Source: Candidatus Nomurabacteria bacterium
Lineage (GTDB): Bacteria; Patescibacteriota; Minisyncoccia; Phycocordibacterales; UBA2100
Length of the DNA: 64,000 nucleotides
Assembly (NCBI GenBank): GCA_943356775.1
Contig: CALRFU010000001.1
Span: 78,891-142,890 of the forward strand
Direction of reading: 5' to 3'
Made by a program: the position numbers and the translations under genes
Notes under the pieces: generated by a model
Told to the model about the DNA's origin: nothing
Seen by the model: the letters and a program-made list of their open reading frames with translations, nothing else
Databases searched by the model: none
Shown: positions 56,205-64,000 of the stretch, in pieces
How positions within the stretch are numbered: position 1 is the stretch's first letter
Layout: each line of letters begins with the position of its first letter

Positions 56205-57636
56205 GGCGTGCTGTGTCTAAGACTTCTCTTGAGTTCGGTCTATAGCTCTCCAACGGTACCACGCCCTTTTGCCATGCGGCAAGGATAGGGTCGGTAAATC
56301 TCCACATCTCCCGTATCTCTCCGGTACCGATAAAGAGAGTCTGGTCACCACGGATACAATCAAGAAGGAGTTTTGCGTATTCTTCGACGTACGGCACGTG
56401 GGCGGATTGTTCGCGCAACATATAATGAAATTCTCTGCGCTCGGTCGCAAACGAGAACCCTGCTTTCTTTGTCCAAAACTCAATCAGTATCTCCTCACGC
56501 GGCTCCATGCGGAATATAACTTCGTTCTTGTGATGCGCACCGTTGGGCGGACAGAGGCACGGCATCGGGTGCTTGAAGGTGACGACAATCTCCTTCAAGG
56601 GCTCGCCCAAGCGCTTCCCGCTTTCCATGACCATCGGCACACCGCTCCACTTGGGGTTCGACATCGTGGCGCGAACCTTAAAATAGGTCTCTGTATCGGA
56701 GCTCGGCAGCACACCCTCGATATCCCGGTACCCGTCATACTGACCCCGGAATGTCGCCTTCTTCATGTCTTCGTCTGAAAGAACATCGAGTGAGCTCAAT
56801 ATGTCCGCCCGCTTCTTTTGTATGGCGGCTGCTTCGAAACTCTCCGGATGTTCCATCGTCACGAGTGCGAGCATCTGCAACAGATGGTTTTGTCCCACGT
56901 CACGGAAGGCCCCTACGCCATCATAAAAAGGTCCCCGCTTTTCCACGCCGATTGTCTCTAATACTTTAATGTGAATGCCTTCGATGAGTTTATTGCCCCA
57001 CGGGAGCTCGAAAAGATTGTTGGAGAAACGGAAGGTCAGGATGTTTTGCAACATTTCCTTGGCGAGATAGTGGTCAATGCGGTATATCTGTTCCTCTTTG
57101 AAGAGTTTCCCCAGCAGTTCATCTATTTGCTTGGCGGTCGTGGAGTCCATACCAAAGGGCTTCTCGACAATCACATGCGTCCAACCCTGGTCGGGCTCAC
57201 ATGGATCGGTAAGCCCTGAGCGCGCAAGTTCGCTGAGTATCAATTCGTAAAATTCGGGCGCAACGGAGAGATAGAAAAGCTTGTTGGAGCACACGCCCCA
57301 CTCCGCATCAAGTCCGTCAAATGTCTTTTTCAGGTCATCGTAACTGGATTTGTCGCCGAATTCCCCGCGCTGAAATTCGAACATGGAGAGGAACGGCAGA
57401 AGTTCCGCTTCGGAAATCTTTGTTTTTGCATGTTCTTCCAGGACTTCGTGTACATAGCCCTGAAATTCTTCGTCGCTCCACTCGCGCCGCGAAAAACCGA
57501 CGACTTTGAACATCTTCGGGAGCTCACCGTGTTTGTATGAATAGTAGAGCGCGGGCAAAACCTTGCGCCGCATCAAATCCCCCGTCGCTCCAAAGGCCGC
57601 AAAGATGGTGGGGATGTTATTACTGGGAGCAACCAT
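56194..57636 (-). CDS. zwf: Glucose-6-phosphate 1-dehydrogenase
   Basis: 480 aa with GATGDL NADP motif and RIDHYLAKE active-site signature. Confidence 0.95.
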   Translation of the reverse strand: MVAPSNNIPTIFAAFGATGDLMRRKVLPALYYSYKHGELPKMFKVVGFSRREWSDEEFQGYVHEVLEEHAKTKISEAELLPFLSMFEFQRGEFGDKSSYDDLKKTFDGLDAEWGVCSNKLFYLSVAPEFYELILSELARSGLTDPCEPDQGWTHVIVEKPFGMDSTTAKQIDELLGKLFKEEQIYRIDHYLAKEMLQNILTFRFSNNLFELPWGNKLIEGIHIKVLETIGVEKRGPFYDGVGAFRDVGQNHLLQMLALVTMEHPESFEAAAIQKKRADILSSLDVLSDEDMKKATFRGQYDGYRDIEGVLPSSDTETYFKVRATMSNPKWSGVPMVMESGKRLGEPLKEIVVTFKHPMPCLCPPNGAHHKNEVIFRMEPREEILIEFWTKKAGFSFATERREFHYMLREQSAHVPYVEEYAKLLLDCIRGDQTLFIGTGEIREMWRFTDPILAAWQKGVVPLESYRPNSREVLDTARHVK

Positions 57637-57724
57637 AAGGCGCGCTCATTATAGCCTAGCGAGGTGAGAGGAGCGAGAACTTGTTCTCGCATCCCTACGA
57701 GCGACGGCTAAACGGACAGAGTGA

Positions 57725-58369
57725 CTACACCTCATCAAGGTCCCCCACGATTTCTCTAAGCTCTTCCCGAAGAGATGCCGCTGTTGTGAATAAAATCGTC
57801 GAGAAACCGAGGGCCTGAGCCGCCGCTATATTGATATCTGAGTCGTCGATAAACAAACATTTTTCCGGAGTCGTCTTTAATTGCGTAAGTACTGCCTTGT
57901 ATGTACGCGGGTCCGGCTTCGACGCGCCTATATCGTACGAATATACGCGAGTGTCGAACAGTTCCTGGAAATTGAATTTCTCTTCGCAGTGGTCTATCCA
58001 CTCCTTCGCATGATTAGAAAGGATGGCGAGCTTGTAGCCGAGGTTCCGGAGTTGAATCACGACGTCACGCGTACCTTCCACCTCGAGAAAATTTTCACGA
58101 ATATGCTCTTTGAGCCACGCACTATCTCCTATCTGCGGATACCTCTCCACGACATCACGCACGTACTCGTCTTCGCTCACCGTACCGTGGAAAAATTCTT
58201 TCACGAGCGGAGTGAGGAGCGGATGCTTCTCCTGCGCCCAGTCCATCTTCGGGCCCGATATTTCGAGCTGATGCTTTTCGCGTAGCGCGAGGCCGGTGTC
58301 TTTGACACCCGTGAGCAACACCTCCGAGAGGTCGAAGATGATGTGCTCTATTACGCTGTCTTTTTTCAT
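57725..58369 (-). CDS. HAD superfamily hydrolase
   Basis: Start MKKDSVIEHIIFDLSEVLL (motif I DxD-like FDLSEV). HAD motifs II-IV present. Confidence 0.7.
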   Translation of the reverse strand: MKKDSVIEHIIFDLSEVLLTGVKDTGLALREKHQLEISGPKMDWAQEKHPLLTPLVKEFFHGTVSEDEYVRDVVERYPQIGDSAWLKEHIRENFLEVEGTRDVVIQLRNLGYKLAILSNHAKEWIDHCEEKFNFQELFDTRVYSYDIGASKPDPRTYKAVLTQLKTTPEKCLFIDDSDINIAAAQALGFSTILFTTAASLREELREIVGDLDEV

Positions 58370-58376
58370 TGGCAGA

Positions 58377-59006
58377 TTAGAGTTTGAGCTTCTCCGGATT
58401 CGTTGCACGTATCGTTTTTTCTAAAACGTTCCCCTTTTCATCAACTTCATAACAAAAGACTTCTCCCGTGCCGAATTCGAGCGTGCCGACACCTTCGTCA
58501 CTCATATCTTCCAAATATTTCACGAAAGCGCGGAGAGAGTTACCGTGCGCGACGACAAGCACATTCTTTCCTACGACAAGTTCCGGAAGAATGTGGTCCG
58601 TGTAGTACGGGACGACTCTGTTGTAGACATCCTTCATCGTCTCGCCTCCCTCGACAGGATGGTCCCAGCTGCGTCGTATCCGTTGGAATTCCTCCTCACC
58701 TATCTCCTTTTTGACCTCCCATTTGTTCTTGCCTGTATGCACGCCGTAACTCCGCTCGTTGAGAGCCGCGTGGCGTTTCGGCTCAATAGCACCTCCCAGA
58801 ACCATCCTGATTTCTTGGAATGTTTCGTGCGCACGCTTGAGCATTGATACATGTACGCTGTCAATACGGATATCTTTGATGGCATCTCCCGCCCGGCGCG
58901 CTTCTTCGAAACCTTCCTCGGCGAGATTTACATCAGTCTGTCCCGTCCACTTTCCAAGCTTATTCCATTCTGAGACACCGTGCCGGACCAATACGAGATA
59001 CGCCAT
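58377..59006 (-). CDS. gpmA: 2,3-bisphosphoglycerate-dependent phosphoglycerate mutase
   Basis: 209 aa with LVRHGVSEWN catalytic His motif; short dPGM form. Confidence 0.85.
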   Translation of the reverse strand: MAYLVLVRHGVSEWNKLGKWTGQTDVNLAEEGFEEARRAGDAIKDIRIDSVHVSMLKRAHETFQEIRMVLGGAIEPKRHAALNERSYGVHTGKNKWEVKKEIGEEEFQRIRRSWDHPVEGGETMKDVYNRVVPYYTDHILPELVVGKNVLVVAHGNSLRAFVKYLEDMSDEGVGTLEFGTGEVFCYEVDEKGNVLEKTIRATNPEKLKL

Positions 59007-59014
59007 AGATACAG

Positions 59015-61656
<2,642 letters not shown>

Positions 61657-61707
61657 AGAATTTTGAATCAGGAATTACTGATTGTATCGCGCCCACACCG
61701 GGAACGA

Positions 61708-62007
61708 TTATTTTTGAGAACCGGAATTGGTGTCGTCTTCGTCGACCGGTCCGATGACTCCGAGTACCCACTTTTCTATCTTCTCCAGTATCGCGTGAGT
61801 TTTTGGATACCGCACCGTATGCACTATTGCCCAGGCGCGGAAGCGTGGAGAAGAAATCGAGAGGAGGATGAATCCGACGGCGAGAAACAAAAACCCTTGG
61901 AGAAACGGGAGTGCGAGACCGATGAGGCCAAGCACGATGAACACAACGCCGGCGAAGACAACGAGGATACGTTTAAATTCTCTATTCATCTGATTTAGCA
62001 AAATCAC
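61708..62007 (-). CDS. DUF454/YbaN-like small membrane protein
   Basis: 99 aa; GLIGLALPFLQGFLFLAVGFILLSISSPRFRAW matches the YbaN-family pattern. Confidence 0.5.
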   Translation of the reverse strand: MILLNQMNREFKRILVVFAGVVFIVLGLIGLALPFLQGFLFLAVGFILLSISSPRFRAWAIVHTVRYPKTHAILEKIEKWVLGVIGPVDEDDTNSGSQK

Positions 62008-62067
62008 GTCGCGTACTGTCCTTTAAAACGCGACAATTAGAGTTTACACCAAAAAGGCTGCGGTCTT

Positions 62068-62262
62068 CTACCTCTCCTCCGCTTTGTAGATGCACTTGAT
62101 GCACTTGGTCTGATTCTCACGTGTCTTGATGTACTTGTTGCCGCACGCACAGACCGGGATATGCGTCAAAAAAGGCTTTTCTACCCATTTGCCGTGCTTT
62201 TGGAACGTTTTCGACGGGAGATTCATATGTGCAACAATACCACGTCTTGAGACAAAAATCAA
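62068..62262 (-). CDS. Small Cys-rich (zinc-ribbon-like) protein, hypothetical
   Basis: Two CxxC-like pairs (CACG..CIKC). May start at MNLPSKTF. Confidence 0.3.
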   Translation of the reverse strand: MIFVSRRGIVAHMNLPSKTFQKHGKWVEKPFLTHIPVCACGNKYIKTRENQTKCIKCIYKAEER

Positions 62263-62284
62263 ATGGCATGCTATATATTCTCAG

Positions 62285-63532
62285 ATGCAGAAGGATGCTA
62301 AGAGATACGATGTCATCGTCATAGGCGGCGGAGCCTCAGGAATGATGGCCGCCGGTCGCGCAGCGGAACGGGGTAAATCAGTCTTACTCCTGGAGAAAAA
62401 CGCGGCTGTCGGCAAAAAATTGGACATCACGGGCGGTGGCCGGTGCAACATCACGAATGCGGAATTCGACCGGCGCGCATTTGCCAAGCACTACGGCGCG
62501 GCCGAGCAGTTTCTCTATTCCCCACTCTCGCAATTCGGCGTGCAAGACACCTTCGACTTTTTTGCGAAGCGCGGACTTCCGCTCGTCGTCGAGGCGCGTA
62601 AGCGGGCATTTCCGGAAACACAAAAATCACCCGACGTCACATGCCTCATGAAAAAATATCTGACTGATACGGGTGTGGTCGTGATGAACCGGGCTGCCGT
62701 CAAGGGACTCACGATAGTGCGTAACCGTATAGAAGAGGCAAAAACAACCCAGGGCACATTCGCGGCGGATACATTTGTCATATCCACCGGCGGCGTCTCG
62801 CATCCGGAGACAGGTTCGACAGGCGACGGATTCAAGTGGCTCACCGAGCTCGGGCATTCTGTGAAGGCTTCGACTCCCACCATCGTGCCGCTGAAAATAA
62901 AAGAGAGCTGGGTAAAATCGCTTGCGGGCGTCTCGCTCTCGTTTATGAAAATTGTCTTTTTTGCCGATGGAAAACGCGCATTCTCAAAGACCGGAAAGAT
63001 TCTTTTCACTCATTTCGGACTCTCCGGACCTCTCATATTAAACAGTGCAAGCGAAGTTGCTGAATTGCTGAAATACGCCGAGGTCACGGCAACTATCGAC
63101 ATGTACCCCGACACTGATTTCGCAGCGCTCGAGCGGCAAATCATCGCAAAGATAGACGCCAACAAGAACAAGGATTTCAAAAATGTACTTGCAGAAGTCG
63201 TCCCGCACGGATTGGCAAAAACAATCCTCGAACTACTGACGCTGCCCAATGAAAACATAAAAGCTCACAGCGTGACCAAAGAAGAGCGCAAGCGTCTTAT
63301 TCATATATTGAAAGGAGCGCCTCTCACGATTTCTGGCCTTATGGGTTTCGACCGTGCAGTCATTTCCGACGGCGGCGTGCCCCTTACCGAAGTAGACACA
63401 CGCACGATGCGCTCGCTAGTAGTCGAGAATCTCTATCTCACCGGCGACGTGCTCCATATCAATCGTCCATCGGGTGGCTACTCACTCCAGCTCTGCTGGA
63501 CTACCGGATATGTCGCGGGCAACAACGTCTAA
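62285..63532 (+). CDS. HI0933/BaiN-like FAD-dependent oxidoreductase
   Basis: Start MQKDAKRYDVIVIGGGASGMMAAGRAAERG (GxGxxG FAD motif). About 415 aa; C-terminus typical of aminoacetone-oxidase-family flavoproteins. Confidence 0.8.
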   Translation: MQKDAKRYDVIVIGGGASGMMAAGRAAERGKSVLLLEKNAAVGKKLDITGGGRCNITNAEFDRRAFAKHYGAAEQFLYSPLSQFGVQDTFDFFAKRGLPLVVEARKRAFPETQKSPDVTCLMKKYLTDTGVVVMNRAAVKGLTIVRNRIEEAKTTQGTFAADTFVISTGGVSHPETGSTGDGFKWLTELGHSVKASTPTIVPLKIKESWVKSLAGVSLSFMKIVFFADGKRAFSKTGKILFTHFGLSGPLILNSASEVAELLKYAEVTATIDMYPDTDFAALERQIIAKIDANKNKDFKNVLAEVVPHGLAKTILELLTLPNENIKAHSVTKEERKRLIHILKGAPLTISGLMGFDRAVISDGGVPLTEVDTRTMRSLVVENLYLTGDVLHINRPSGGYSLQLCWTTGYVAGNNV

Positions 63533-63560
63533 ATTATAAGGCTTAGAAAAATTACATTGT

Positions 63561-63932
63561 ATGATATTAAGAAAGAACGTAGCGGTCTCGATGGCAGGGG
63601 CGCCATTTGTGCTGTCGTTTGCTCTCGACGGTGCCGCCTCAGCATTAACAACTTCGTGTATGGGTGTGCCGGCTGCTGCGAGCGTTGCATGGACGGCGTC
63701 TTCTGCAGGCGGCATTGCTCCGGTCGCATTCCTATGGGGAAACGGAAGCGCGTCTACAACTCAAACCATTGCCGTCTCGCCAGGAACCCACTCAATAACG
63801 CTTCAAGCAACTGACGCATCGTCCACGGTGGCAACAATGACGTGTTCGGCTACAGTAACCGTTGCGGCAACGACAACGCCGACCACCAGTATCAATCCGC
63901 AAATTCAAGCGAGACCTCCGCAGCGGACATAG
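63561..63932 (+). CDS. Secreted Thr/Ala/Ser-rich hypothetical protein
   Basis: 123 aa with signal-peptide-like N-terminus (MAGAPFVLSFALDGAASA) and low-complexity T/A/S-rich remainder. Confidence 0.3.
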   Translation: MILRKNVAVSMAGAPFVLSFALDGAASALTTSCMGVPAAASVAWTASSAGGIAPVAFLWGNGSASTTQTIAVSPGTHSITLQATDASSTVATMTCSATVTVAATTTPTTSINPQIQARPPQRT

Positions 63933-64000
63933 GGTGATGATGTGAAAGAGCCCCAGCGCATGCTCGCATCAGATTCATCCGTCTTTCCACCAGGACTTAT

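Overview
This 64-kb window is bacterial chromosome at roughly 55% GC, densely packed with housekeeping genes and with no CRISPR arrays, integrases or obvious prophage content. I could support about 70 coding regions.

Main gene content:
- Replication and repair: dnaB, recR, rmuC, uvrC, uvrA, uvrB; murB sits between uvrA and uvrB.
- Translation: rplU, tyrS, lysS, and a tRNA-Ala(TGC).
- Nucleotide and amino-acid synthesis: carA-carB, pyrB, purF, argF, hisG, kbl with a threonine-dehydrogenase-like zinc ADH.
- Cofactor synthesis: a complete riboflavin operon ribE-ribH-ribBA-ribD behind a recognisable FMN riboswitch.
- Central carbon metabolism: zwf, a short gnd-like 6-phosphogluconate dehydrogenase, gpmA, eno.
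- Cell envelope: ddl, murB, and a dgkA-PAP2-uppP undecaprenyl-phosphate recycling cluster.
- Transport: an RND efflux pair (AcrB-like pump plus adaptor), a MacAB-like adaptor/ABC ATPase/FtsX permease operon, two MFS transporters and a ZIP metal permease.

Structures not explained by ordinary annotation:
- A perfect 25-nt palindrome, ATGTTCGACTTCGTAAGTCGAACAT, is present in frame inside both uvrC (two overlapping copies) and uvrA. In both genes the copy encodes VRLTKSN. This looks like a miniature in-frame mobile palindromic element.
- Two msrA paralogs, one full length and one C-terminally truncated, flank the MacAB-like operon as direct repeats. Their first 41 nt are identical while the rest is only about 70-75% identical.
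- An AT-rich two-gene islet sits beside the full-length msrA.
- A perfect 16-bp palindrome overlaps the -35 region of a TrpR-like (YerC/YecD) gene next to hisG.
- A short amino-acid-kinase-like ORF and a GNAT ORF are separated by 1 nt just upstream of argF, suggesting a split or frameshifted N-acetylglutamate synthase.
- A tRNA 5'-half-like remnant lies next to tRNA-Ala.
- The carA leader carries tandem terminator-like hairpins.

Coordinates of hand-located small elements may be off by 1-2 nt. All protein family calls are from motif recognition by eye; no searches were run.
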